From: Myxococcota bacterium
GTDB taxonomy: Bacteria; Myxococcota_A; UBA796; SXON01
Direction: 5' to 3'
NCBI GenBank assembly: GCA_040386535.1
Contig: JAZKFH010000032.1
Coordinates: 64,001 to 128,000, forward strand
DNA length: 64,000 nucleotides
Shown: positions 39,735 to 48,767 of the stretch, in pieces
Position numbering within the stretch: the stretch's first letter is position 1
Layout: every line of letters starts with the position of its first letter
The notes under the pieces: generated by a model
What the model saw: the letters and a program-made list of their open reading frames with translations, nothing else
Databases searched by the model: none
What the model was told of the DNA's origin: nothing
Position numbers and translations under genes: made by a program

Positions 39735-40259
39735 CTACGCCCGCGCGGCGAGCCGCTCCTCGCGCTGCTTGCGCCACCCGTAGCGGGTCACGCCGGGCGG
39801 CTTGAACACGGAGAGCCCGGTCGTCACGAGCAGGAGCGCGATCGCGGCGGCGGAGGTGACGACGAGCTGGAGCCGCACGTCGGCGTGGGCTCCCGCCGCA
39901 AGAGAGCCCTGCGCCGCCCTGGCCATGAACGCGATGGGCCTCGTGTGGAGCAGGAGGAGCCCAGTGGCCACCAGCGTGAGGAGGAGCTTTACGACGACCC
40001 ACCAGTGCCGGACGAGGCCCCACGGCGTGCCCAACGACTGGATGATGCCGGTCCCGAGCGACGCGAGGGCGAGGGGGACGAGAACGAAGCGGGTCTCGAG
40101 GTCCATCGAGATGTAGACCGCGCGGACGGTCTGCTCGTCGGTGCCGTTCAGTCCGACCAGCGCGAGCGCGAGGAACGCGGCGACGCCGCCGAGCCAGCCG
40201 ACAGACGCGGCCACGTGCAGCACGAGCGCGAGCTTCCGCACACGAGGGGACATCGTCAT
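39735..40259 (-). CDS. DUF2269-like membrane protein
   Basis: RKLALVLHVAASVGWLG, LGTPWGLVRHWWVVVKL, LSVFKP; four TM helices. Confidence 0.8.
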   Translation of the reverse strand: MTMSPRVRKLALVLHVAASVGWLGGVAAFLALALVGLNGTDEQTVRAVYISMDLETRFVLVPLALASLGTGIIQSLGTPWGLVRHWWVVVKLLLTLVATGLLLLHTRPIAFMARAAQGSLAAGAHADVRLQLVVTSAAAIALLLVTTGLSVFKPPGVTRYGWRKQREERLAARA

Positions 40260-40404
40260 CCGTGCAAGTGGTTCCGGAAGCCGCCGCCGGCGAGGTGGAC
40301 GAGCACGAAGGTCACGATCAGGAAGGCGGCCATGATGCCGATGACGAGGACCCAGCGGGGGAGGGCGGGGGCGTTGTCTTGGGGTCGGGAGTTCGTTCAG
40401 ACAG
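40256..40404 (-). pseudogene. small single-TM His-tailed protein with disrupted 5' end
   Basis: PRWVLVIGIMAAFLIVTFVLVHLAGGGFRNHLHG* with ATGA overlap to the next gene; AGGAGG RBS upstream but no in-frame start before the TM segment. Confidence 0.5.
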
Positions 40405-40462
40405 TTGGGCCTCCTGGTCGCCTTCGGGGAGATGCTGATGCGCTCTCAGGGAGAGCCGCCGT

Positions 40463-41293
40463 TCATGCGTCGATTCTGACGTTGCGCGCCGGCATGAAAA
40501 TCGTGACGCTCTCGCGCTGACCATTCTCGGTGAATGAGAACGAGATGGCGCCGATGGACAACTCGGTAACCGGCTGCGGCGCGTCGCGAAGCGCCGCCGC
40601 AAGGCCGTCCACGCGTCCAGCGTATTCAACTGCGTCCCCCAACCCGAACGCCGCGTGCAAGGGAGGCCGGAGCCTAAAGTTGTCGTTCAAGATCGTGTGG
40701 ATGCCGTTCCCCACCACTTTCTGGAAGGCCAAGGCGCCGACGGTCCCGCGGGCCACGCCGTAATTTCGAAACACCAGTCGCAGACGCTCGCTGCTCACGG
40801 AGACCGCCGCCTCTTCGACGGTGATCCCGCCGCCGCAGCTGAAGAACACCTTGCGGGAGTCGGCCATCTGTAGCGACCAAGGTTCGAAGTTTCGACGGTG
40901 CTTTTCGACCAATCCAATGAGCTCCTTGTTCTGGTCCGCAGCACCTCGCCGCTGGAGCGCCTCCTCCTTGAGTTGCTTCTTGAGTCCGGTGTTTTCAGTC
41001 TCCGCTGCTTCCAGCCAAGTGCTCGCTTCCACAACGCGACGTCGGACCCAGACTGCGTTCACCACGGACAAGCCGACGGAGACAACGGCAGCACAGATGA
41101 CGATCCAGCCCGCGATCTGCGTGACGACAGGGGCCGCGGGGGAGTTGGGGGCCGTGTAGACCTCCACCAGGCGCACGCCAATCGCTCCAAGCCCGGCCAG
41201 CGCCGCGACCACGGCGACAGTGATCTGCACCCAGATCCACCAAGGCGGCTTCGGGTACGGCGGCGGACCGGCAGGGGTCGGAGTCTTGACCAT
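40463..41293 (-). CDS. hypothetical membrane protein (2 TM + coiled coil + beta domain)
   Basis: 276-aa ORF with atypical, AT-richer codon usage. Confidence 0.65.
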   Translation of the reverse strand: MVKTPTPAGPPPYPKPPWWIWVQITVAVVAALAGLGAIGVRLVEVYTAPNSPAAPVVTQIAGWIVICAAVVSVGLSVVNAVWVRRRVVEASTWLEAAETENTGLKKQLKEEALQRRGAADQNKELIGLVEKHRRNFEPWSLQMADSRKVFFSCGGGITVEEAAVSVSSERLRLVFRNYGVARGTVGALAFQKVVGNGIHTILNDNFRLRPPLHAAFGLGDAVEYAGRVDGLAAALRDAPQPVTELSIGAISFSFTENGQRESVTIFMPARNVRIDA

Positions 41294-41405
41294 CGGCGCC
41301 GCATACCTCTACGCCCCCGAGATCGTCCACGTACGAACGGCGGCCCGGTTCACCACGCCAATGGCGAACGAGCGCAGCGGACGTTCATGGAGCTGCGCGC
41401 CGCCC

Positions 41406-41432
41406 GTAATGGTTGGAGGTCGACCGCGTCAG
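41406..41432 (+). promoter_or_regulatory. ECF-type promoter GTAATG-N15-CGTCAG (copy 3)
   Basis: Upstream of copZ. Confidence 0.65.
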
Positions 41433-41480
41433 CCAGGGTGCAGGGGCCATCGAAACCCGGCCCCGCGATCGGAGCACCCC

Positions 41481-41705
41481 ATGCCCTCCCAGACCGACAC
41501 CCTCCTCGCCGTCGAGGGGATGACCTGCCATTCCTGTGTCTCGCACGTGAAGAAGGCCCTCATGGAAGTCGACGGCGTCGACACCGTCGACGTGCGCTTC
41601 TCCGAGCGAAAGGTCCACGTCCGGCACGACGCCGACGCGGCGCCGGTTCCGCAGCTCGTCGAGGCGCTGGCCGAAGCGGGCTACCCCGCGACCGCGGCCT
41701 CCTGA
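41481..41705 (+). CDS. copZ: HMA-domain copper chaperone
   Basis: GGAG RBS; VEGMTCHSCV...EAGYP. Confidence 0.9.
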   Translation: MPSQTDTLLAVEGMTCHSCVSHVKKALMEVDGVDTVDVRFSERKVHVRHDADAAPVPQLVEALAEAGYPATAAS

Positions 41706-41774
41706 ACCACCCGCGGGTGGGGGCTCGCTCGAGCAGAGGGCGTGCCCCCGCCCGTCCGCCCTTCGGGGGACGAC

Positions 41775-43007
41775 ATGCCGAGCGAACGCATCGTAATCGT
41801 GGGTGCGGGCCTCGCCGCCGCCCGCGCCGTGGAGGCCGCGCGCTCCACGGGCTTCGACGGGGACATCCTCCTCGTCGGCGAGGAGCCACGGCTGCCCTAC
41901 GAGCGGCCGCCGCTCTCCAAGGAGTGGCTCACCGAGGACACGCTCCCGGACGAGCCCGCGGTCTTCCCCGCGTCCTCGTGGGACGACTGGCGCGTCGACC
42001 GGGCCCTCGGGGTCCGCGCCCAAGCGCTGGACCCGCAGGCCCGGATCCTCACCCTCACGGGGGGGCGGCGCCTCCCCTACGACCGGCTGCTGATCGCAAC
42101 GGGCGCTCGGCCACGCCAGCTGTCCGTGCCCGGCGTGGAGCTCGACGGCGTCCTCACTCTGCGCACGCTGCCCGACGCGACGGACCTCCGCGCGCGGCTG
42201 CGGGCGTCGCAACGGATCGTCGTGGTGGGCGCGGGCCTGATCGGCCTCGAGGTGGTCGCGGCCGCGCGATCCCTTGGCCGTCAGGTCACGGTGGTCGAGG
42301 CGGACCACACTCCGCTCCGGCGCCTGGTCGGGGCGCGGATGGGCGCGACCGTCGCCGCAATGCACGCTGACGAGGGCGTCGAGCTGCGCTTCGATGAGAC
42401 GGTCACGGCTCTGCGCGGGCACCGGCGCGTGGAGGCGGTCGTCCTGGCCTGCGGCGTGTCCGTCGCCGCGGACCTGGTGGTGGTCGGGATCGGGGTCGAG
42501 CCCGACGTTGGCTGGCTCCGGGGCACCGGCCTGGACGGGCCGACCGGGGTGCCCGTGGACGCGCTCACACGGACGCCCGTGCCCGGGGTGCACGCCGCGG
42601 GGGACGTGGCGGTCACCTGGCAGCCGGAGAGCGGCATCCTGGGACGGCGCTTCGAGACGTACGCCAACGCCGCCGCGCAGGGCGCCGCCGCCGGGCGGGC
42701 GCTCGCCGGAGCGCCGACCCCCTACGTGCCGAGCCCTGGGGGCAGCTCCAACCAGTACGGGCACCGTCTGCAGTTCGTCGGCGAGGTCGTCGGCGACGAG
42801 GCCGTCGTCGTGCGGGGCAGCGTCGAGGAGCGCCGCTTCGTCGCTTTCTACGTCCGCGAGGGGCGCGTGACCGCCGCCTTCACCCTCGACCGCGCGCGCG
42901 ACGTGCCAGCGGCACGCGCCCTCGTGGCGGCCGGCGCTGCCGTCCCCGACGAGGTCCTGGCCGACCCCTCGGCGTCCTTGGCGCCGTGGACCGTCGAGCA
43001 CCGGTAA
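41775..43007 (+). CDS. FAD-dependent NAD(P)H:ferredoxin reductase family protein
   Basis: IVGAGLAA, PYERPPLSK, ATG, VGAGLIGLE, AAGDVA. Confidence 0.9.
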   Translation: MPSERIVIVGAGLAAARAVEAARSTGFDGDILLVGEEPRLPYERPPLSKEWLTEDTLPDEPAVFPASSWDDWRVDRALGVRAQALDPQARILTLTGGRRLPYDRLLIATGARPRQLSVPGVELDGVLTLRTLPDATDLRARLRASQRIVVVGAGLIGLEVVAAARSLGRQVTVVEADHTPLRRLVGARMGATVAAMHADEGVELRFDETVTALRGHRRVEAVVLACGVSVAADLVVVGIGVEPDVGWLRGTGLDGPTGVPVDALTRTPVPGVHAAGDVAVTWQPESGILGRRFETYANAAAQGAAAGRALAGAPTPYVPSPGGSSNQYGHRLQFVGEVVGDEAVVVRGSVEERRFVAFYVREGRVTAAFTLDRARDVPAARALVAAGAAVPDEVLADPSASLAPWTVEHR

Positions 43008-43030
43008 TGAACGGCGGGGGCCTGCGTCAG
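43004..43030 (+). promoter_or_regulatory. ECF-type promoter GTAATG-N15-CGTCAG (copy 4)
   Basis: Upstream of third copA; overlaps the reductase TAA stop. Confidence 0.65.
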
Positions 43031-43072
43031 CAGGGGTGAACGGGCGCCGAAGGGGCGTCCGCGGAGGCGAAG

Positions 43073-45724
43073 ATGAAGACGAACGCGGCGCGGCCCCTAC
43101 CCGAGACGAACGAGGGCGAGGTCTGTGAGCTCCCCATCCAAGGCATGACGTGCGCGAGCTGCGTCCGGCGCGTGCAGACCGCGCTGAAGCGCGTCCCCGG
43201 CGTGGCGGACGCGCAGGTGAACTACGCGACCCAGCGGGCGACCGTCCGCTTCTCGGACGGGTTCGTGGCCTACGGCCGGCTGGTCCGCGCGGTCGAGGAC
43301 GCCGGCTACGCCGTCCCCGGCGCGCCCGAGGACGAGGGCCCGGCCCCGGAACCGGCCCCCGAGACCCTGGACCTCGGCATCCTCGGGATGACGTGCGCGG
43401 CCTGCGTGCGGCGCGTCGAGAAGGCGCTCAACGGCGTGCCCGGGGTCTCCGAGGCCACCGTCAACTTCGCGACGAACCGCGCGAGCGTCACGATCGACTC
43501 CGCCCTCGCGACGGGCGCCCAGCTCGTCGAGGCGGTGCGGAAGGCCGGGTACGACGTTGCCGGCGCCGACGCCCTGCTGGGGGAGGGGGCCGACAACCGC
43601 GTCGGGGGGGCGGTGCGGGGGGGCGTAGCCCCCCTGCCCCAAGAACAGAAGGGCCCGAAGTCGGGCCGGGCTCCTACCGCCCGCCCCTCGGCCGCCGACA
43701 CCGCGCGGGCGATGGAGGAGGCCGAGGCTGCCGAGGACCGATCGATCCGTCGCGGACTCGCGTTCTCCGCCGGGCTCACGGTGCCCCTGCTCGTGCTCGC
43801 GATGTCCCACGGGGCCATCCCGGGCACGGGCGGGACGTTCGGCACCTGGCTGCAGTTCACGCTCGCCACTCCCGTGGTGTTCGGTCCCGGCCGGCGCTTC
43901 CTGCGCCTCGCCTGGGCGGCGGCGCGGCACCGGACCGCGGAGATGAACACGCTCGTGAGCGTGGGTGTCCTCGCGGCGTGGACGTACTCGTTCGTGGCGA
44001 CGGTCGCGCCGGGCCTCTTCCCTCACGCCGAGCACGGCATGGTGCCGCACGTCTACTACGAGGCCGCCGCCGCCATCGTGACCTTCGTGTTGCTCGGGAA
44101 GTGGATGGAGACGCGGGCCCGGAAGCGGCTCTCGGACGCGGTGCGCGGGCTCGTCTCGCTCGTACCGCCGATCGCGCGGCGACTCCGCGGGGCCGACGAG
44201 GACGAGGTCGAGGAGGAGGTCGCGGTCGAGGCGCTGGCCCACGGGGACCTGCTCCGCGTGCGGCCCGGCGAGCGGCTCCCCACCGATGGCGAGGTGGCCG
44301 AAGGCACGTCCGCGGTCGACGAGTCGATGCTCACCGGCGAGAGCCTCCCGGTCGACAAGCGGCCCGGCGACGCCGTGTACGGCGGCACGCTGAACCAGGC
44401 CGGCGCTCTCGTGATGCGCGTGACCCGCACCGGCGGCGAGACCGCCCTCGCGCGCATCGTGGAGGCGGTGGAGCAGGCCCAGGGCTCGCGGGCGCCCATC
44501 GCGCGCCTCGCGGACACCGTCAGCGCGATCTTCGTGCCTGTCGTGATCGGGATTGCGACCCTCACGTTCCTGGTGTGGGCCGCGCTCGATCCCTCCGCCA
44601 CAGGCATCGCCACTGCCGTCGAGCGGTTCGTCGCCGTCCTCGTCATCGCGTGCCCGTGCGCCCTTGGGCTCGCGACGCCGGCCGCGGTGGCCGTAGGGAC
44701 CGGGCGCGGGGCCGAGCTCGGCATCCTCGTGAAGGGCGGCGCGGCCCTCGAGGCCGCCAGTCGCGTCAACACGGTGCTGCTCGACAAGACGGGCACGCTC
44801 ACGACGGGCAGGCCGGTGCTCACCCAGGTGGTGATCCATGGCGGCATGGACGAGCGTGAGCTCCTCTCGCTGGTCGCGTCCGTCGAGGCCGCGAGCGAGC
44901 ACCCCGTCGCCCGGGCCATCGTCGAGGGGGCGAGGGAGCGCGGCGCGGGGGTGCGCCCCGCCGCCGACTTCCTGGTCGAGGCCGGTGCGGGAGTCTCGGG
45001 GCGGGTCGGCCTGCGCGTGGTGAGGATCGGCACGCGCGCCTGGCTGGAGAAGGTGCAGATCGACGCCTCCGCGCTCGAACCGGTCGCCGCCGCGCTCGCC
45101 GATCGGGGCCACACGCCCGCCTTCGTCGCCGTCGACGGCCTGCCCGTCGCGATCGTCGCCGTAGCGGACCGGCCCGCCGACGGGGCGAAGGAGGCCATCG
45201 CGGAGCTCCGACGGCAGGGCATCGAGGTCGCCATGCTCACAGGCGACCGCCTCGGGACCGCGCGCGCCATCGCCGCAGAGCTCGGCATCGAGCGGGTGAT
45301 CGCGGAGGTGCGGCCCGAGGACAAGGCCCGCGTGGTCGCCGAGGAGCGGGCCCGCGGCCGGATCGTCGCCATGGTCGGGGACGGCATCAACGACGCCCCC
45401 GCGCTGGCTGGTGCGCACGTGGGCGTGGCGATCGGCACGGGCACGGACATCGCCGTGGCCGCCGCCGACATCGCCCTGCTCCGGGGCGGCATCACGTCGC
45501 TGCCCCGCGCGCTCCACCTCGCCCGGGCCACGCTCGGCACCATCCGCCAGAACCTGTTCTGGGCGTTCGTCTATAATATCGTCGGCATTCCGGTCGCCGC
45601 GGGCGCGCTCTACATCTGGACCGGGTGGCTGCTCTCGCCCGTCCTCGCGAGCGCGGCGATGTCGCTCTCGAGTGTGTCCGTCCTCCTGAACTCGCTCCGG
45701 CTCCGCCGCTTCGGTCGGGCCTAA
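43073..45724 (+). CDS. copA: Cu(I)-type P1B-1 ATPase with two HMA domains
   Basis: GMTCASC / GMTCAAC, TGES, CPC, DKTGT, SEHP, YN, MSLSS. Confidence 0.95.
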   Translation: MKTNAARPLPETNEGEVCELPIQGMTCASCVRRVQTALKRVPGVADAQVNYATQRATVRFSDGFVAYGRLVRAVEDAGYAVPGAPEDEGPAPEPAPETLDLGILGMTCAACVRRVEKALNGVPGVSEATVNFATNRASVTIDSALATGAQLVEAVRKAGYDVAGADALLGEGADNRVGGAVRGGVAPLPQEQKGPKSGRAPTARPSAADTARAMEEAEAAEDRSIRRGLAFSAGLTVPLLVLAMSHGAIPGTGGTFGTWLQFTLATPVVFGPGRRFLRLAWAAARHRTAEMNTLVSVGVLAAWTYSFVATVAPGLFPHAEHGMVPHVYYEAAAAIVTFVLLGKWMETRARKRLSDAVRGLVSLVPPIARRLRGADEDEVEEEVAVEALAHGDLLRVRPGERLPTDGEVAEGTSAVDESMLTGESLPVDKRPGDAVYGGTLNQAGALVMRVTRTGGETALARIVEAVEQAQGSRAPIARLADTVSAIFVPVVIGIATLTFLVWAALDPSATGIATAVERFVAVLVIACPCALGLATPAAVAVGTGRGAELGILVKGGAALEAASRVNTVLLDKTGTLTTGRPVLTQVVIHGGMDERELLSLVASVEAASEHPVARAIVEGARERGAGVRPAADFLVEAGAGVSGRVGLRVVRIGTRAWLEKVQIDASALEPVAAALADRGHTPAFVAVDGLPVAIVAVADRPADGAKEAIAELRRQGIEVAMLTGDRLGTARAIAAELGIERVIAEVRPEDKARVVAEERARGRIVAMVGDGINDAPALAGAHVGVAIGTGTDIAVAAADIALLRGGITSLPRALHLARATLGTIRQNLFWAFVYNIVGIPVAAGALYIWTGWLLSPVLASAAMSLSSVSVLLNSLRLRRFGRA

Positions 45725-45773
45725 AACCAACTCGGGCGCCCCCTTGGGACGCCTCCTGCTCTCGGAGTCCTCC

Positions 45774-46159
45774 ATGACTCGCTACCTGTTGCCCTCCTTG
45801 GCCTGATCGTCTCTGGTGCAGTGCCCTTCGCGGCCGTCCCCGTGGTGGCCGACCTGCTCCTCCCCGAGGCCCATGCCGAGCCGGCGCCACGCGAGATTGC
45901 GGTGCAGGTGCAGGGCGCCTACAAGCCCGACCGCATCGAGGTCACCGCCGAGGAGCGCGCACGCCTCGTGTTCACCCGCACCGAGTACACGGGCTGCACC
46001 CGCGAGGTCGTGTTCCCCGAGCTCGGCATCCGCAAGGAGCTGCCGACCAACCAGGCGGTTGCCATCGACCTCCCGGTCCTGGCGCCCGGGACGTACCAGT
46101 TTCACTGCGGCATGAACATGATCCGGGGGACCCTCGTGGTCACCGCGGCCAAGGGATAG
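45774..46159 (+). CDS. cupredoxin-domain protein, probable 1-nt frameshift in signal peptide
   Basis: GAYKPDRI, GCTREVVFP, FHCGMNMIRG; RBS plus ATG 45774 (MTRYL) is out of frame with VALLGLIV. Confidence 0.75.
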
Positions 46160-46169
46160 CGGGGTTCGC

Positions 46170-46772
46170 ATGTGCACCTCCTCTCCGGTATCCGCGGCGA
46201 TGGACGAAGAGGTCGCGGCGCCCGTCGATGGACGGGTAGCTGCGGTCCTCGTCGAGAACCACCGGGCCTTCATCGCGTTCCTCGAGCGCCGCGTGGGCGA
46301 CCGCGTGGTGGCTGAGGACATCCTCCAGGCCGCCTTCACGAAGGGGTTGGAGCGCGCGGGGACGCTCCGCGACGAGGAGGCCGCCGTCGCGTGGTTCTAC
46401 CGGGCGCTCCGCAACGCTGTCGTCGACTACTACCGCCGCAACGGGGCGCGCTCCCGGGCACTCGCCGCCTTCGCCGAGGAGGTGGATGCGGAGGAGCCGG
46501 ACGTCGAGCTCACGCGCGCGGTGTGTCAATGTGTCGCGCGGCTCGCCGACACGCTGAAGCCCGAGTTCGCGCAGGCGCTCAAGCGCATCGAGGTCGACGG
46601 CGTGCCGGTGAAGCAGTTCGCCGAGGAGGCGGGCATCACCGCGAACAACGCGGCGGTGCGCGTGTTCCGGGCCCGGGACGCGCTGCGGAAGCAGGTCGCG
46701 CGGTCGTGTGGGACGTGCGCGGAGCATGGGTGCCTGGACTGTACGTGTGGGGCTGGCTCCCCCACATCGTAA
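46170..46772 (+). CDS. corE: CorE-like ECF sigma factor with C-terminal Cys-rich domain
   Basis: AEDILQ, WFYRALRNAVVDYYR, CQC linker, VFRAR, CGTCAEHGCLDCTC. Confidence 0.88.
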   Translation: MCTSSPVSAAMDEEVAAPVDGRVAAVLVENHRAFIAFLERRVGDRVVAEDILQAAFTKGLERAGTLRDEEAAVAWFYRALRNAVVDYYRRNGARSRALAAFAEEVDAEEPDVELTRAVCQCVARLADTLKPEFAQALKRIEVDGVPVKQFAEEAGITANNAAVRVFRARDALRKQVARSCGTCAEHGCLDCTCGAGSPTS

Positions 46773-46851
46773 GTCGGCCCCAGGTCCGCAGCGGGGCCAC
46801 CCCCTCCAGAGGCCAGTTCGATCCGTTTCCGCCTACATGAACGAAAACGGC

Positions 46852-47082
46852 ACGGACATCAACCAAGTCCGAGGCACGGACATCAACGAAGGGCCCGTCA
46901 GTCGCGGCACGGACATCAACGTTTGGAGTTGCCCGCGGGGACGGACATCAACCAGGAGCCGCCGCTGCGCGACGGACATCAACAAGCGGACCGGTCTCTG
47001 CGGCCCGGACATCAACAAGGCTGACATTGCCACGGAGCGGCCATCATCAAGTTGGAGTACGTCCCGACGCACGGACAACAAC
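46852..47082 (+). repeat. array of 12-bp direct repeats ACGGACATCAAC, about 32-bp period
   Basis: Copies at 46852, 46876, 46909, 46941, 46972, 47005 (1 mismatch), 47037 (degenerate), 47071 (1 mismatch); spacers 12, 21, 20, 19, 21, 20, 22 bp. Confidence 0.92.
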
Positions 47083-47141
47083 AGGCCCTGCCGGCGGCCC
47101 GACGCGCCAGCGATCGCCTCGCTCCGGCCCCAGGCCCGCCT

Positions 47142-48767
47142 TCAACGAGACCGAGACTTCTTCGGCCTCGCGGGCGAAGGCGCGGTGCCCGAGCGTCCCG
47201 CGAGCATTGCGAGGGCGGGTGGCAAGGAGAAGTCCCTGCTGTACTGGATGTCGGTCGGCCCTTGGGGGATCGATGAGAGGAGGTCGATTGGCCCGTACGG
47301 ATCGTCGGCAGGCGACGTCGACGGGACCTCCCTGGCTGCGACCGCCTGAGAGCGACCGCGCCTGTCGTGCGGCCCCGGCGTCGACAGACGCTTTCCCCTC
47401 GACTGTTCTGCGGCGCGCCGGCGCGGGGCCGGTGTGGAGTCCACAGCCCTCGGCCGCGCGGGAGTCGTGTCCAGCGATGACTCCCTGGCGACCGCGAGCG
47501 GAGATGAACCGTGCGCTCGCGGCACCACGGCCGGGAGTTTGATCGCAGCCGTCCCCCCCTCGGCCGCTCGTGCCTTGGCCTGTGCCTCCCGGATCGCGCG
47601 TCGGAAGAGAGCCTTGCATTTGGCGTTCTTCTTCGCCTCTCGATCGGTCTCCATCTGCAGAGGCCCGACTCCCGCGGGTCGCTTGACGTTGGGGCTCTTC
47701 TTGGCCCGCACGGTCCCATACGGTGGACGCCCAACATCCGTCCATTCGCGGGCGAGAGAGACAAGGTCCTCGAGCGCCGACGTTTGCCGCCCCTCGATCG
47801 GGCCGGGTCCCGCTTGGACGAAGGTGCCGCGCACCATCGAGCTGACGAGACCGCGGGACAAGGCGACCTCCTGGAACAGACGCCGAAAGTCGGCGAGGCT
47901 GAGCGCCGAGACACCAGCGACCCGACACGCGGCGCTCACCTCCCGATAGGACGACGAGCGCCCTTCGTCAGGGGCACCTCGCCGCGGGAAGAGGCGGGCA
48001 TGCCTGTCCATCTGGTCGAGGGTCGGGAACGCCTCCCGGGCGATGTCCAACAACCACGACGGGAGGGAGGCGCGCAACACCCCGCTCCCGTTATCGTACC
48101 AGACCTCCCGGTACTGGAGGCGCAAATCCCCTGCGCGCAGTGAGCTCATCTCGGACGGCCACATCCCGCAAGCACCCGCAAGCCCAACGAGAAAACGGAC
48201 CTTTGCGGGAGCCCCTCCCCGTACCACCGCCGCGAATGCGTCCTCGGTCACACGTGTCCGAGGCGGGGTTCGCCCACGCGCCTTCGTCGGCGCCTTCGCG
48301 CGCGCCCGGAGAAGTACGCGCACGCCACACTGGTCCTGCAGGTCGCGGATCGCGCGCCGCGCAACGGAGAGCACTCGCGAGATCCAGGTGCTGCTCAGTG
48401 GCTCATCCGTCCGAGGCCGCGGGGTCGTGACAAGCCAATCCTCCAGCTCGCGCATACAACTTCCGCCGATGTTCGCCACGCGCCTCTCACCCAAGCGCTC
48501 GATGATGAGCCCCGCGCAGGTACGGTGCTTCAGCATCCGGTTCAGCCCGCGCGTCGCGTCAGGGAGGAGGTCGCTGAACGCGCCTGCACGGAGGGCCTCC
48601 GACACGGTGATCTCAGCATGGAGCACCCGCTCGCGCTGCACCCCGTCCCGGACAATCCTGATCCAATCGTCCGGCTGCTCGCGAACGAGCCGCTTCAGCC
48701 CCTCGACGGTGCTCGCGTCGTGTACGCAGGCGTAGTCGGAGGAGATCTCCACGAGTTCGCTCGTCAT
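47142..48767 (-). CDS. catalytically degenerate tyrosine-recombinase-like protein A
   Basis: CGMWPSEMSSLRAGDL (Arg replaced by Trp), LFP, SLADFRRLF; no LGH..Y; ATGA-coupled to the integrase. Confidence 0.75.
   Translation of the reverse strand: MTSELVEISSDYACVHDASTVEGLKRLVREQPDDWIRIVRDGVQRERVLHAEITVSEALRAGAFSDLLPDATRGLNRMLKHRTCAGLIIERLGERRVANIGGSCMRELEDWLVTTPRPRTDEPLSSTWISRVLSVARRAIRDLQDQCGVRVLLRARAKAPTKARGRTPPRTRVTEDAFAAVVRGGAPAKVRFLVGLAGACGMWPSEMSSLRAGDLRLQYREVWYDNGSGVLRASLPSWLLDIAREAFPTLDQMDRHARLFPRRGAPDEGRSSSYREVSAACRVAGVSALSLADFRRLFQEVALSRGLVSSMVRGTFVQAGPGPIEGRQTSALEDLVSLAREWTDVGRPPYGTVRAKKSPNVKRPAGVGPLQMETDREAKKNAKCKALFRRAIREAQAKARAAEGGTAAIKLPAVVPRAHGSSPLAVARESSLDTTPARPRAVDSTPAPRRRAAEQSRGKRLSTPGPHDRRGRSQAVAAREVPSTSPADDPYGPIDLLSSIPQGPTDIQYSRDFSLPPALAMLAGRSGTAPSPARPKKSRSR

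Noticed and set aside
43097..45775. 892-aa minus-strand ORF and similar long ORFs opposite the ATPases
   Set aside because: Shadow frames of copA-type genes.
46852..47082. CRISPR array
   Set aside because: Repeat is only 12 bp and not palindromic, spacers are 12-22 bp and partly similar to each other, and no cas genes are in the window.
46708..47349. ORFs across the repeat array (GTDIN / LMSVP repeats)
   Set aside because: Repeat copies fall in different frames, so the peptide repeats are incidental.
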